NCBI GenBank assembly: GCA_963422645.2
Contig: CAXXVO010000002.1
Span: 172,745-236,744 of the forward strand
Reading direction: 5' to 3'
DNA length: 64,000 nt
From: Alphaproteobacteria bacterium
Lineage (GTDB): Bacteria; Pseudomonadota; Alphaproteobacteria; UBA828
A program made the translations under genes and the position numbers. Below, one piece after another: positions 40,238 through 50,710 of this stretch; position 1 is the first letter of the stretch, and the number at the start of each line of letters is the position of its first letter. The notes under the pieces are model-generated. The model saw only the letters and a program-made list of their open reading frames with translations, was not told the origin of the DNA and did no database searches.

Positions 40238-42007
40238 TTGCCGTGAAACAGATTCTGGCGAGGGACGCGCGGTGACGCTCCAACCCCGAGGTCACGGCGT
40301 TGGCTGAGACCGCCAGGGTCGGCGCGGCGGAGACGAGCGGTGGACTTCCCCGATGTGGTCCGAAGCGGTCCCGCGTAGCCGGCTGACGAGATGCGGGCCG
40401 CTCAGGCGGCCTTGAGTTCCGCGCCTACGGGCTCGATGTAGCCGTAGCGGCGGAGCATGCGGATCCACCGAGGAGCGTTGCGCTTGACCATCAGAGCGTC
40501 GTAGTCGGCCGTGCGGTCGTAGTAGGGCCTGCCGGTCTTGAGCACCACATAGATGATGCGCAGCATCTTGTGAGCGCCGGCGACGATGGCGCGCTTGTAG
40601 CCGCGCCGGGCGGCGAGGGCGCGGTGATGAGCCTCGAACTGGCACCCCTTGGTTCGGGCCGCGCCGTGGGCACACTCGACGAGGCAGGCGCGCAGGGTCT
40701 TGGAGCCCATGCGGGTGCGTGCGTTGCGGCGCTTGCCCCCGCTCTCGTTGTTGCCGGGGCAGAGCCCGGCCCAGGCGGCGAAGTGCTCCTTGGAGGCGAA
40801 CACGCCGATGTCGGGGCCGATCTCGATGAGGATGGTCGAGGCGGCGGTGCGGTCGATGCCGGGGATGGTGGTCAGCAGACGGAGCTGCTCCTCCCACGGT
40901 GTCATCTGCCCGTCGATCTTCCTGGTGTAGGACGCGATGCGCGCCTCAAGCGCGTCATGCTCCTCCAGCAGGTCGTTGAGCATGAAGCGGTCGTTGTCGC
41001 CCAGGCTCAGGGTGAGCGCCTCGCCGAGCCCCTCCAGCTTGTTCGCAACGTGGCTGGTGAGCGAGGCGAGGATGACCTCGCGCGCCGTCCCCTGCGCCAG
41101 GCCGTCGAGGATCTTCCGGCCGTTGACGCCGAAGACGTCGGAGAGGATGCCGCCGATGCGCGCACCGGCGCGGTCGATGATCTTCTGCACGCGGTTGCGC
41201 ACGGCGGAGCGCTGCCTGACCAGGACGCGGCGCTGGCGGCTCAGTGCGCGCAGCTCCCGGAACGGCTCAGGCGGAACGTGGGAAGGCGTGCAGAGCCCGA
41301 ACTGGCACACGCAGGCCAGCCACACGCTGTCCGCCACGTCGGTCTTGCGCCCCTTCAACTGCTTCACCTGACGCGCATGCACCAGGATCGCCTCGAGCCC
41401 GGCCGCCTCCAGGGCCGCGAAGGGCGCCTGCCAGTAGACCCCGGTCCCTTCCATCACCGCAGCCTCGACGCCGTGACCGGTCAGCCACGCGACCATCTCC
41501 TCCAGACCGCTCGGCAGCGTGCCGAAGCAGCGCGTCTCCACCACCGGCTCACCCTCGCCCTCACAGAGGCGAACCGTCGCGGTGATCTCCATCTTGTGCA
41601 CGTCCAGACCCGCCGCGCGCGGCCGGACGACGTGCAAGCCTTCCGTCTTCATCGCCTTCCTCCTCATTTGCGCTCTCGCCACGGCGGCGTACGATCACGC
41701 CGTGGCATCGCCACGGTGGAGGCGGGGACAGCGGTCGGAAGAACACGCATCCGACGAGCGGGTGCGGTGCAATTTGCCGCGCGTCCACGGCCACGGGCCG
41801 GGTACAATACGGGGTGCGGAGCCGGCCGCCGGAAGCAGTTTTGTCATCGGGAACTACGTCACCGATATAACGACGCTCACACGTCCCCACCTCCGCCAAT
41901 ACCCATCCTGACACGGCAAATGGGTGCAAGCGCAAGGAAAACGTCAGCCGAACCGCTCCTGTTTCATGCCACGGGGTGGCTCAGAACCGCGGGGACCATG
42001 ACTGTTT
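40238..42007 (-). mobile_element. IS110 family element with ~350-bp left and ~165-bp right non-coding ends
   Basis: Ends inferred from homology with the mini-element in IS66-A; AA core at both junctions (minus strand). Confidence 0.72.
40402..41652 (-). CDS. IS110 family DEDD recombinase
   Basis: AGLDVHK, MEGTGVYW, KTDVADS, TIPGI, GLCPGNNESGGK. Confidence 0.93.
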   Translation of the reverse strand: MKTEGLHVVRPRAAGLDVHKMEITATVRLCEGEGEPVVETRCFGTLPSGLEEMVAWLTGHGVEAAVMEGTGVYWQAPFAALEAAGLEAILVHARQVKQLKGRKTDVADSVWLACVCQFGLCTPSHVPPEPFRELRALSRQRRVLVRQRSAVRNRVQKIIDRAGARIGGILSDVFGVNGRKILDGLAQGTAREVILASLTSHVANKLEGLGEALTLSLGDNDRFMLNDLLEEHDALEARIASYTRKIDGQMTPWEEQLRLLTTIPGIDRTAASTILIEIGPDIGVFASKEHFAAWAGLCPGNNESGGKRRNARTRMGSKTLRACLVECAHGAARTKGCQFEAHHRALAARRGYKRAIVAGAHKMLRIIYVVLKTGRPYYDRTADYDALMVKRNAPRWIRMLRRYGYIEPVGAELKAA

Positions 42008-42041
42008 TGTCGCTCACGGCAGCAGGCGATTCTGCAATTCT

Positions 42042-42091
42042 GCGCGCCTACCGGCGCGACCGGCGCCTCCGCGTCGCGCCGGTAGGCGCGC
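42042..42091. repeat. 19-bp perfect inverted repeat (REP- or terminator-like hairpin)
   Basis: gcgcgcctaccggcgcgac-N12-gtcgcgccggtaggcgcgc. Confidence 0.75.
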
Positions 42092-42232
42092 GATGGCGCC
42101 GCAGGAGCGGCGGGGCGCGGCCTGCACGGGGCTCTTTGACCGCGCCTTGCCGGCCCGGCGCCGCATCGGCGATACTGCCGGCCCTCCTCCGCAATTCCGC
42201 GACCAATCCGCCGACCGAAGGGACACTGCACC

Positions 42233-43723
42233 ATGAGCACTGCCGCTGCCGAGATCGTGAAGGGCGTCTTCCTCCAGGACCCGACGCTGTTCCGCCAGCA
42301 ATGCTACGTAGACGGCCAGTGGCTCGACGCGAAGTCCGGGCGGACCACCGACGTGGTGAATCCGGCGGACGGTAAGGTGATCGGCACGGTGCCGGCGCTC
42401 TCCGCCACCGAGACCCGCACCGCCATCGAGGCCGCGAACCGGGCCTTCCCCGCCTGGCGCGCCAAGACCGCGAAGGAGCGCGCCCAGATCCTCCGCAAGT
42501 GGTACGACCTGATGATGGCGAACCAGGAGGACCTCGCCATCATCATGACCGCCGAGCAGGGCAAGCCGATGGCGGAATCGCGCGGCGAAATCGGCTACGG
42601 CGGCTCCTTCATCGAGTGGTTCGCGGAGGAAGGCAAGCGCGCCTACGGCGACGTTATCCCCCCGCATCTCAACGACCGGCGGATCGTGGTCACCAAGGAG
42701 CCGGTGGGCGTCGTCGGCATGATTACGCCGTGGAACTTCCCGAACGCCATGATCACGCGCAAGGCCGGGCCCGCACTCGCCGCAGGCTGCACCGTGGTCT
42801 CGCGGCCGGCGACGGCGACGCCCTTCTCCGCGCTTGCGCTCTGCGAGCTGGCTGAGCGCGCCGGCATCCCGCGCGGCGTCTTCAACGTGATCACCGGCCC
42901 CTCGGGCGAGGTCGGCGGCGAGATGACCGCCAACCCCATCGTGCGCAAGCTCTCCTTCACCGGTTCGACCGATGTGGGCAAGGTCCTGCTCGAGCAGTGC
43001 GCAAGCACGGTCAAGAAGGTCTCGATGGAGCTCGGCGGCAACGCGCCCTTCATCGTCTTCGACGATGCAGACATGGACTCGGCCGTGACCGGTGCCATCG
43101 CATCCAAGTACCGCAACACGGGGCAGACCTGCGTCTGCGCCAACCGCTTCCTGGTGCAGGGCGGCGTCTACGACACCTTTGCCGAGAGGCTGGCCGAGGC
43201 CTCCTCCAAGCTTGTCGTCGGACCCGGCCTCGAAGGCGAGACCCAGCAGGGGCCGCTCATCGACGAGAACGCCGTGGCCAAGGTCGAGGAGCACATTCAG
43301 GACGCGGTGGACAAGGGGGCGGAGGTGATCCAGGGCGGCAAGCGCCACTCCCTCGGCGGCAATTTCTTCGAGCCGACTGTCATCGCCAACGTGAACACGC
43401 AGATGAAGGTCGCCCGCGAGGAGACCTTCGGCCCGCTCGCGCCACTCTTCCGCTTCGAGACCGATGACGAAGCGGTGCAGCTCGCCAACGACACCGAGTT
43501 TGGCCTCGCGGCCTACTTCTACAGCCGCGACATCGGGCGCATCTGGCGCGTGGCGGAGCAGCTCGAGTACGGCATCGTCGGCATCAACACCGGGATCATC
43601 TCGACCGAGGTGGCCCCCTTCGGGGGCATGAAGGAGTCCGGCATCGGCCGCGAAGGCTCATACTACGGCCTCGATGAGTTCCTCGAGGTCAAGTACATGT
43701 GCATGGGCGACATCGACAAGTAG
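42233..43723 (+). CDS. gabD: NAD(P)-dependent succinate-semialdehyde dehydrogenase
   Basis: ITPWNFP, FTGST, ELGGNAP, GQTCVCANR, EETFGP, PFGGMKESG. Confidence 0.9.
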   Translation: MSTAAAEIVKGVFLQDPTLFRQQCYVDGQWLDAKSGRTTDVVNPADGKVIGTVPALSATETRTAIEAANRAFPAWRAKTAKERAQILRKWYDLMMANQEDLAIIMTAEQGKPMAESRGEIGYGGSFIEWFAEEGKRAYGDVIPPHLNDRRIVVTKEPVGVVGMITPWNFPNAMITRKAGPALAAGCTVVSRPATATPFSALALCELAERAGIPRGVFNVITGPSGEVGGEMTANPIVRKLSFTGSTDVGKVLLEQCASTVKKVSMELGGNAPFIVFDDADMDSAVTGAIASKYRNTGQTCVCANRFLVQGGVYDTFAERLAEASSKLVVGPGLEGETQQGPLIDENAVAKVEEHIQDAVDKGAEVIQGGKRHSLGGNFFEPTVIANVNTQMKVAREETFGPLAPLFRFETDDEAVQLANDTEFGLAAYFYSRDIGRIWRVAEQLEYGIVGINTGIISTEVAPFGGMKESGIGREGSYYGLDEFLEVKYMCMGDIDK

Positions 43724-44128
43724 TCTTTCTTTCGTTTCCCTCAAGCGCCGGGCGCTCGCTCCGCTCGCTTGGCTCCGCGCTACGCGCGCGGCGCGGTCGC
43801 GCCGTCCGGGCCCGCGGCCCGGCCCATAGGATGGCAGATTCCTCGTTGGTCTGCGGGGGCGCTGTCCGAGTCTGACGCACCGGACCATGGTGCGGTACAC
43901 AGCGGGCGCCCTCCACGCAAACTTTGCGTCGTGACGTGCGTGAGGGAGCTGGCTGCAGCGGGCGGTGCGGTATTTGCTGGCGCGGGCGAGTGACGACTGC
44001 GGCAAGGGCGATCGTTGCCACCGCCCTCGAGGGCGGCGGCTGCTTGTCTCGCGGAATCTCACTACATCCCGGCGAATCTCACTTTCGTTGGAGTTCCGCG
44101 CGGCTTGCGCGGCGCGCGCCGACCGGGC

Positions 44129-44953
44129 CTACGCAGCGGCCTCAGCCTCCTCGGGAGGCTCCGCCTTGCTGCCGGGGACGCAGCCGCCGCAGACCGTGAG
44201 CTCCTGCGCCATGATGTGGCGGCCGCGCTCGCCCGCGAGGAATACGGCCATGTCGGCGATGCTGTCGGTGGTCACCAGCGTGCCCAACATGTTGGCGCGC
44301 ATGTTCGCCGCGTAGTGGTCTTCGTAGGCGATGCCGAGATCGGCCGCGAGGCCCCGGTGGGCGTTTTGCGCCATCTTGGTCTCGACCCAGCCCGGGCTGA
44401 TGGAATTAACGCGAACACCGTCGCCGCCGAGCTCGTCAGCCAGGCAATGCATGAAGGCGTTGAGCCCGTTCTTGGTCATCGCGTAAGTGCCCCAGCCGGC
44501 GGAATGGGCGCCGGCGGCGATGGAGGAAATGAAAATGACCGAAGCGCCTGCGCCCGAGGCGCGGATCGCCGGCAACGCCGCCTGGGTCACGAGATAGGAG
44601 GCCGTGAGGTTGGTCTCGACCATGCTGTCCCAGCTGTCGAGGTCCATCTCGGCCACCGGCTTGCGGACAAAAACCCCGGCATTGTTGACCAGGATGTCGA
44701 GCCCGCCGAGCCGCTCGACGGCGGCTTGGCACATCGGCGCGATGGCCGCGCGGTCGCGGAGGTCGGCCGCGGCGGCGAACGCGCGGCCCTCCGCCGCCTC
44801 GATCGCATCGACGATTGGCCGGGCGCGCGCGTCGCTGCGCGCATGAACCGCCACATGGGCGCCCTCGCGCGCGAAGGCCTCGGCGATTGCCGCACCGATG
44901 CCGCTTCCCGCCCCGGTGACCAGGGCGCGGCGGCCGCGAAGAGATGTCTCCAT
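44129..44953 (-). CDS. SDR family oxidoreductase
   Basis: TGAGSGIG, NNAG, YAMTK. Confidence 0.88.
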   Translation of the reverse strand: METSLRGRRALVTGAGSGIGAAIAEAFAREGAHVAVHARSDARARPIVDAIEAAEGRAFAAAADLRDRAAIAPMCQAAVERLGGLDILVNNAGVFVRKPVAEMDLDSWDSMVETNLTASYLVTQAALPAIRASGAGASVIFISSIAAGAHSAGWGTYAMTKNGLNAFMHCLADELGGDGVRVNSISPGWVETKMAQNAHRGLAADLGIAYEDHYAANMRANMLGTLVTTDSIADMAVFLAGERGRHIMAQELTVCGGCVPGSKAEPPEEAEAAA

Positions 44954-45091
44954 TCTCGTCTCCCAATATCGATGATGGTGCCGCCAGGCGGCGGATGAGG
45001 CATTGACAGGCGAATTGCGCTATAGGCACGCCCTTGTGAACAGCCGATTCACACTACCATGCCAGAACTGAAGGGCGGCGGGGGACGCGCC

Positions 45092-46114
45092 ATGGCCACC
45101 GAATCACCGTTTCAGATCAGGGAGGGCATGCACGCACCGGCGGTGCGTCGCGTATCGCTTGCCGAGGTGCCCGTCATCGACTTCGGTGCGCTTTTCTCGC
45201 CCAGCCTGGTCGAGCGCAAGGCCATGGCGCGGGCGATCCGCGCGGCGTGCGCAGGCCCGGGGTTCTTCTACATCGTCAACCATCAGTTCCCGCAGACGGT
45301 GATCGAGCGCGCGCAAGCCGCCATGCGGCGGTTCTTCGCGCTCCCGGTGGAGCAGAAGATGCGCAATCACTACCTCGACTGGCCCAACCACCGGGGCTAC
45401 GTGCCCTCGGGCGGGATCACCGCCGACCACAGCCTCGAAGGCTCCAGCGACATCTCGGAGGCCATCGAGATGGCGCACGACCTGCCGGCGGACGATCCCG
45501 ACCACGTGCGCGGCGTTCGCTTCTACGGCCCCAACAACTGGCCGGCGGAGCCCGCCGACTTTCGCTGGGCGCTCGGCACCTATTTCGACTGCCAGCTCGA
45601 GCTGGGTCGCCAGATCTTCCGCGCATTCGAGTACGCGCTGGACGTGGAGGAAGGGTACTTCACCTCGAAATACACCAAGCCTTTGGCCCGGCTTCGCGTG
45701 TGCTACTACGAGCCGCAGCCGGAGCCCCTCGACATCGCCCATATCGGGCTGGGCGCCCACACCGACTACGAGTGCTTCACCACCGTCTGGCAGGACCGGG
45801 AAGGGCTGCAGATGCTGAGCCCTGAGGGCGAGTGGCTGATTGTGCCGCCGGTGGACGGCAGTTTCGCCGTCAATCTGGGCGACCTCATGCAGCAATGGAC
45901 CAACGACTTGTTCGTCTCGACCATGCACCGGGTGATCAACACCTCAGGGCAGAGGCGCTACTCGCTGGTGCAATTCTTCGGCGTCGACTACGAGGTGGAG
46001 GTCGAGGCGATCCCGAGCTGCGTCGGGCCAGAGAACCCGTGGCGCTACGCGCCAATCAAGGCGGGCGACCACTCGGAGAGAATGGTCGCCCGCACCTACC
46101 ACTACGACGAATAG
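45092..46114 (+). CDS. 2OG-Fe(II) oxygenase (isopenicillin N synthase-like family)
   Basis: PVIDF, GFFYIVNH, HTD...H facial triad, RYS. Confidence 0.9.
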   Translation: MATESPFQIREGMHAPAVRRVSLAEVPVIDFGALFSPSLVERKAMARAIRAACAGPGFFYIVNHQFPQTVIERAQAAMRRFFALPVEQKMRNHYLDWPNHRGYVPSGGITADHSLEGSSDISEAIEMAHDLPADDPDHVRGVRFYGPNNWPAEPADFRWALGTYFDCQLELGRQIFRAFEYALDVEEGYFTSKYTKPLARLRVCYYEPQPEPLDIAHIGLGAHTDYECFTTVWQDREGLQMLSPEGEWLIVPPVDGSFAVNLGDLMQQWTNDLFVSTMHRVINTSGQRRYSLVQFFGVDYEVEVEAIPSCVGPENPWRYAPIKAGDHSERMVARTYHYDE

Positions 46115-46135
46115 GGAGCGCGCGGCCCCCTACTC

Positions 46136-47026
46136 TTATTCACTCAACGTGACCTCGACCCGCCGGTTGCGGCCGTCACGCACGTTGTCGCTGGTCTTGG
46201 CGATCGGCTCCGATTCGCCGAGGCCCTCGGCATCGATCACAAAGCGGCCTGCGCCGTGGTCGATCATGTAGCTCGCAACCGCGAGAGCACGCCTCTCCGA
46301 GAGGCCGAGATTGTACTCCTCAGGCCCGGCCCGGTCGGTGTGGCCCCGAATGATGATCTTGTAGGGCTTCATCGCCAACGCCGTGGCGGACGCCTCATCC
46401 AGCGTCTGCTTCGCGGCGTTCGAGAGCTCGGAGCTATCGAACTCGAAGAACACCACGTAGTAGGTCACGTAGACGGGCTCGGGCTCGGGCGCAGGCTCCG
46501 GCGGCGGGGGCGGCGGCGGCCGCATTGCCACCTCGGCGGCGACCACCGAGCCATAGAACGCGTTGCGGCATTCGCCGATGTCGTCGGGCTGGTGACCCTC
46601 TTCCTGCTCCTGCATCCAGCATTCCAGATTGATCTGGGCATGGGCGGCGATGGCCGGTGCCTTGTCCCGACCGCTTCCGTCCAGCATCGCCACGAGCCTC
46701 GACCTCGCCTTCGAGATCTCTTCCACCTTGTCCGGCGCGATCAAGCGCTCCGAGAGGTCGGCCGGCGCCACGTCTTCGCCCCGCGCCGCGCCGCCGGCTT
46801 TCACCGCAAAGTGGTCGGAATCGCGATAATCGTGTTCCCCATGCTCTCTCGTTGCTAGCTTGAGATAGCCCGCGTAAAGCTCGGCTTGGAATTCCGATCC
46901 TTGAGGCTCGAGGTCTTTGACGCCTTCGAGTTCCATGCCTGCGCATGCGCCGAGCATCGCCGACAGCCCCACGACTGCCGCGAGACGGAGCCCGGTCGAC
47001 GAAACCCTGTTCTTGAAGATCCTCAT
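46136..47026 (-). CDS. OmpA family lipoprotein
   Basis: LGAC lipobox, Pro-rich linker, FEFDS, GHTD, NLGLSERRA, NRRVE. Confidence 0.9.
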   Translation of the reverse strand: MRIFKNRVSSTGLRLAAVVGLSAMLGACAGMELEGVKDLEPQGSEFQAELYAGYLKLATREHGEHDYRDSDHFAVKAGGAARGEDVAPADLSERLIAPDKVEEISKARSRLVAMLDGSGRDKAPAIAAHAQINLECWMQEQEEGHQPDDIGECRNAFYGSVVAAEVAMRPPPPPPPEPAPEPEPVYVTYYVVFFEFDSSELSNAAKQTLDEASATALAMKPYKIIIRGHTDRAGPEEYNLGLSERRALAVASYMIDHGAGRFVIDAEGLGESEPIAKTSDNVRDGRNRRVEVTLSE

Positions 47027-47204
47027 GACACGCCTCCTTGCTGTCACCGGAGACTATAACGCCTTCCGGGGCGTCGTCGAAAGCACAACGAGGATCATGG
47101 CGGACGTATTCGAAACCAAATGGGCAGCAATCGCTCGACAACTCCAGGAGTTCCGGGCTAGATCACGAGTGATCGAAGCGATGCGACCAGACCGGAGGTA
47201 CACC

Positions 47205-48209
47205 ATGCTGCGCAGGCTCCTCGTCCCCGCCCTTCTCGCCGGTACGATGGCGGTGCCGGTCGCCGCCGATGACGGGTCGCGCTACTCGGAATGGCAACCG
47301 GAGGGCACCGAGGCGACGAGCTCTCCCGCGCTCGATGCTCTCGCGCAGGAACTCGAGGCGCTGATCGACGCGGCCGAGAGCGCACGGGCGGCCGATCCGC
47401 GCTTCCTCCAGGATCTGCGCGACATAATCTCCGCCCACAACGCCGATGCTCAGCCCCGCGTGGCTCTGATCCGGGATGATTTTTCCGACGGCGACTACAC
47501 GGACGATCTGCGTTGGGAGGTGGTGAGCGGCGACTTCTCGATCGACGGCAGGCTCGGCCTGCGCACGACGATTCCGCTTAGCGGGGCCGATACGGAGACA
47601 ATGAGAATCAACCTCGACACCATCCGGGACAAAAGAGATGAGCTGCTCGAAAAAGGCGAAGCGCTGCTCGACAAGAGCAAGGACACGATTGGCGACTTGC
47701 TGAGCGGCGAGAAGAAGCTCGACGACCTCTGGGGCGGAGATGACGACGAGGAGAAGGAGGATACCGGGCCGGCCGGGCCGGAGCCCGCGGAGATCGTCCT
47801 GGAAGCGGACATTCCTAACGCCTTCGCCCTCGAGCTGGAGTTGATGTCGGGCATCACGCACAAGGACGCACAGTTCGAGATCGACCTGTTCCAGGGCAGG
47901 GCCGGCGCTTCAGGCTATCGCCTCACCTACCGTCCTGGCGACGATCCGGGGCTGCTGCTTTCCCGCTTCGGCCGGCGTAGCGCGGAGGTGATCGGCGATT
48001 CCGGCGACGAGCTGGCTTTGGAGAACGGCCGCAGCCATACGGTCGCTCTCGTGCGTGAGGGCGATGGAACGATGACCGTATCCGTCGACGGCACTGAGCA
48101 CATCCAAGTCAAGAGCAGCGCTCTCGAAGACCCCTTCGGCGGCCTGTCGCTGGTCAACAGTGGCGGCGACTATGCGATCCGCAGCGTCGCCGTCTATGGC
48201 GACGAGTAG
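47205..48209 (+). CDS. Hypothetical exported acidic protein
   Basis: GGAGG RBS, signal peptide ending VAA, beta-rich C-terminal region. Confidence 0.65.
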   Translation: MLRRLLVPALLAGTMAVPVAADDGSRYSEWQPEGTEATSSPALDALAQELEALIDAAESARAADPRFLQDLRDIISAHNADAQPRVALIRDDFSDGDYTDDLRWEVVSGDFSIDGRLGLRTTIPLSGADTETMRINLDTIRDKRDELLEKGEALLDKSKDTIGDLLSGEKKLDDLWGGDDDEEKEDTGPAGPEPAEIVLEADIPNAFALELELMSGITHKDAQFEIDLFQGRAGASGYRLTYRPGDDPGLLLSRFGRRSAEVIGDSGDELALENGRSHTVALVREGDGTMTVSVDGTEHIQVKSSALEDPFGGLSLVNSGGDYAIRSVAVYGDE

Positions 48210-48248
48210 AGGGCGTCGGAAGCCACTGGTCGAAAGCGCAGGCGGAAC

Positions 48249-49640
48249 ATGAGCCAAGGTCTGCCGCACCGGCCTGCGCCCGGCGCCGCACGGGCGGCGG
48301 TCGAGCGTTGCCTGGCGCGGATCGAGCAACTGGATCCGACGCTCAACGCCATGATCACAACCACGGCGGAGCGGGCGCGGGAGGAGGCCGATGCCTGCGA
48401 CCGGGCGGCCGCCGAGGGGTGCTGGCTCGGCCTCCTCCACGGCATGCCCATCGCCCTCAAGGACAATATCGAGACGGCAGGGGTGCGCACCACCAGCGGC
48501 GCCGCCTACCTTGCAGATCATATCCCCAACAGCGACGCCCCTGTGGTCGGGCGACTCAAGGCCCAGGGCGCGGTGCTGGTCGGCAAGGCCAACCTGCAGG
48601 AGCTGGCCTGGGGCATCGTCTCGACCAACCCGGTGACGGGCCAGTGCCGAAACCCGTGGAACCCGGAGCGCATACCGGGGGGCTCCAGCGGCGGCTCGGG
48701 CGCCGCGGTTGCGGCGGAGATGGCCGAGGGCGCTCTCGGCACCGACACCGGCGGCTCGGTGCGGATTCCGGCCTCCATGACCGGCGTCGCCGGCTTGCGC
48801 CCCACCCACGGTCGCATCTCGATCCGCGGCATCACGCCGATCAGCGTCGCGCACGATACCGTCGGCCCCATGGCGCGCACCGTGGCGGACGTCGCGCGCC
48901 TCTTCGCCGCGCTCGCCGCCTACGACCCGCTCGACCCGGTTTCGCGGGACATGCCGCTCGACAACTTCCTGCCTCGGCTGAACGATGGGATAGGGGACGT
49001 ACGCGTCGGGCTCGCACGCAACTTCTTCTTCGAGGGCATCGACGCCGAGGTCGAGGCTGCGGTCCGGGCCGCCGCCAGCACCCTGGAATCCCTCGGTGCG
49101 CGCCTGATCGATGTCACGCTGGCCGGTGCCGAAACCGCACAGCACTGGACCACGGTCATGGCCTATGCCGATGCCTGTGCATACCACAAGGAGCGGCTGG
49201 ATGCCGGTCCCGGCGCGCTCTCCGAGCCTGTCTACAATCGCATGATCATGGGCCGTGAGTTCAGCGCCGTGGACTATGCCGAGGCCATGCGCGGACGCGA
49301 GGCGTGGCGTCGCGCTCTGGCCCAAGTGTTCGAGACCGTGGACGTGCTGCTCGCGCCGACCACGCCCCGGCCGGCGCCGACGATCGCCGACGATCGCAGC
49401 CTCCACCGCGCTACCCAGGAGGCGACGCGCTTCACGTACGGCGGTGCGCTCGCGTCGATTCCCGGTCTCTCGGTCCCTTGCGGCTTCTCCTCCGACGGTC
49501 TGCCCATCGGCATGATGCTTGAGGCCGCCTGGGGAGCGGAGCCGCTGCTTTTCAGGGTCGGACACGCCTATCAGCAGGCGACGGACTGGCACCTCCGCCG
49601 CGCCCCTTGCCTTGACGAGGGCGCTGCAGGCGCCAGATAG
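48249..49640 (+). CDS. Amidase signature family protein
   Basis: LKDN, GGSSGGSG, GTDTGGSVRIPA. Confidence 0.92.
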   Translation: MSQGLPHRPAPGAARAAVERCLARIEQLDPTLNAMITTTAERAREEADACDRAAAEGCWLGLLHGMPIALKDNIETAGVRTTSGAAYLADHIPNSDAPVVGRLKAQGAVLVGKANLQELAWGIVSTNPVTGQCRNPWNPERIPGGSSGGSGAAVAAEMAEGALGTDTGGSVRIPASMTGVAGLRPTHGRISIRGITPISVAHDTVGPMARTVADVARLFAALAAYDPLDPVSRDMPLDNFLPRLNDGIGDVRVGLARNFFFEGIDAEVEAAVRAAASTLESLGARLIDVTLAGAETAQHWTTVMAYADACAYHKERLDAGPGALSEPVYNRMIMGREFSAVDYAEAMRGREAWRRALAQVFETVDVLLAPTTPRPAPTIADDRSLHRATQEATRFTYGGALASIPGLSVPCGFSSDGLPIGMMLEAAWGAEPLLFRVGHAYQQATDWHLRRAPCLDEGAAGAR

Positions 49641-49646
49641 GGGCCC

Positions 49647-50642
49647 ATGAGCGGGACTCCCGCCGCCTCGGCCGCAGCGCCGGCAGAGGACGGCGACACG
49701 CAAGCGCGCCTGATCGTGGACGAGGCCGCGGCCCGTTACTGCGCCGCGCGGCGGGCGAAGATCGACGATTTCGTTGACCGCACCTTCTCGCTCTCCGGCA
49801 CTCTGCGGCTGCACCGGCGGGCGCTCGGCTGGGATCTCGTCCGCTCGCCGGCCAATCTGGCCCTCTCGGCCCCTCACCTCGCGGCGCGCGTGAGCGCCGC
49901 GCTCGCGCGGCACGCAGGCCTCACACCAGCAGCCGACTGGCTGGACAGCCGGCGCTACTTCCTGCAGACCGACGTCGCGCGGGAACTGGAATGGCGGCTC
50001 TTCACCGAGCTTCTGGAGCTCCCGATCCAACAGGGCGAGCGGGTGTCGGAACGCGATGCGCTCGCGGACGAGATCCTGCGCGACTGCCGCATTGCGCCGG
50101 GCAGCGAAGACGCCCCGCAGTCGCCGGCTGATCAGGAGGCGTTCCGCGCCTGGCTCGCCGGCGCGGCGAGCACCTATGAGGGGACGCGGGTTTCGGCGGC
50201 CGACCTCGCCACTGCGGCAGTGAGTGCCAGCGTCGGCGCGCTGGCGTTCAAGAAGCTCACGCCAGGAATGTTGTCGCTTGGCCCGGCAACCGCGCAGGTG
50301 CTGGTGCAGCATGCGGCAATCGCGGGCTTCCCGCTGGGCAGCGGGGCCGGGGCGCTCTGGTACGGCGCCTTCCCGGCGGCGGCACCGGCCGCGCTCAGCA
50401 TCGGTCTCACCGGCGGCCTCCTGGCGGCAGGCGCGGTGATCGGCGCGTTCTCGGGCGTGGTCACCGACCCGATCCAGCGCGGACTCGGCCTGCACCAGCG
50501 CCGCCTCAGGCGCCTGATCGACTGCCTGGAACGCGAGCTGACCGGACAAGGCGACAGCCGCTTCACCGTGCGCGACCACTATGTCGCGCGAACCCTCGAC
50601 GTGATCGAGGCTCTGGGCCTGGTCTGGCGCGCCGCGCGATAG
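49647..50642 (+). CDS. Conserved hypothetical membrane-associated protein
   Basis: Operonic spacing, C-terminal hydrophobic segments, DPIQRGLGLHQRRL. Confidence 0.7.
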   Translation: MSGTPAASAAAPAEDGDTQARLIVDEAAARYCAARRAKIDDFVDRTFSLSGTLRLHRRALGWDLVRSPANLALSAPHLAARVSAALARHAGLTPAADWLDSRRYFLQTDVARELEWRLFTELLELPIQQGERVSERDALADEILRDCRIAPGSEDAPQSPADQEAFRAWLAGAASTYEGTRVSAADLATAAVSASVGALAFKKLTPGMLSLGPATAQVLVQHAAIAGFPLGSGAGALWYGAFPAAAPAALSIGLTGGLLAAGAVIGAFSGVVTDPIQRGLGLHQRRLRRLIDCLERELTGQGDSRFTVRDHYVARTLDVIEALGLVWRAAR

Positions 50643-50710
50643 ACTCGCTGCACCGCCGGCCGCGCTGCGCCGCGCTATGACCGGCACGCCCGCCGCCAGC
50701 AGGAGACGCC

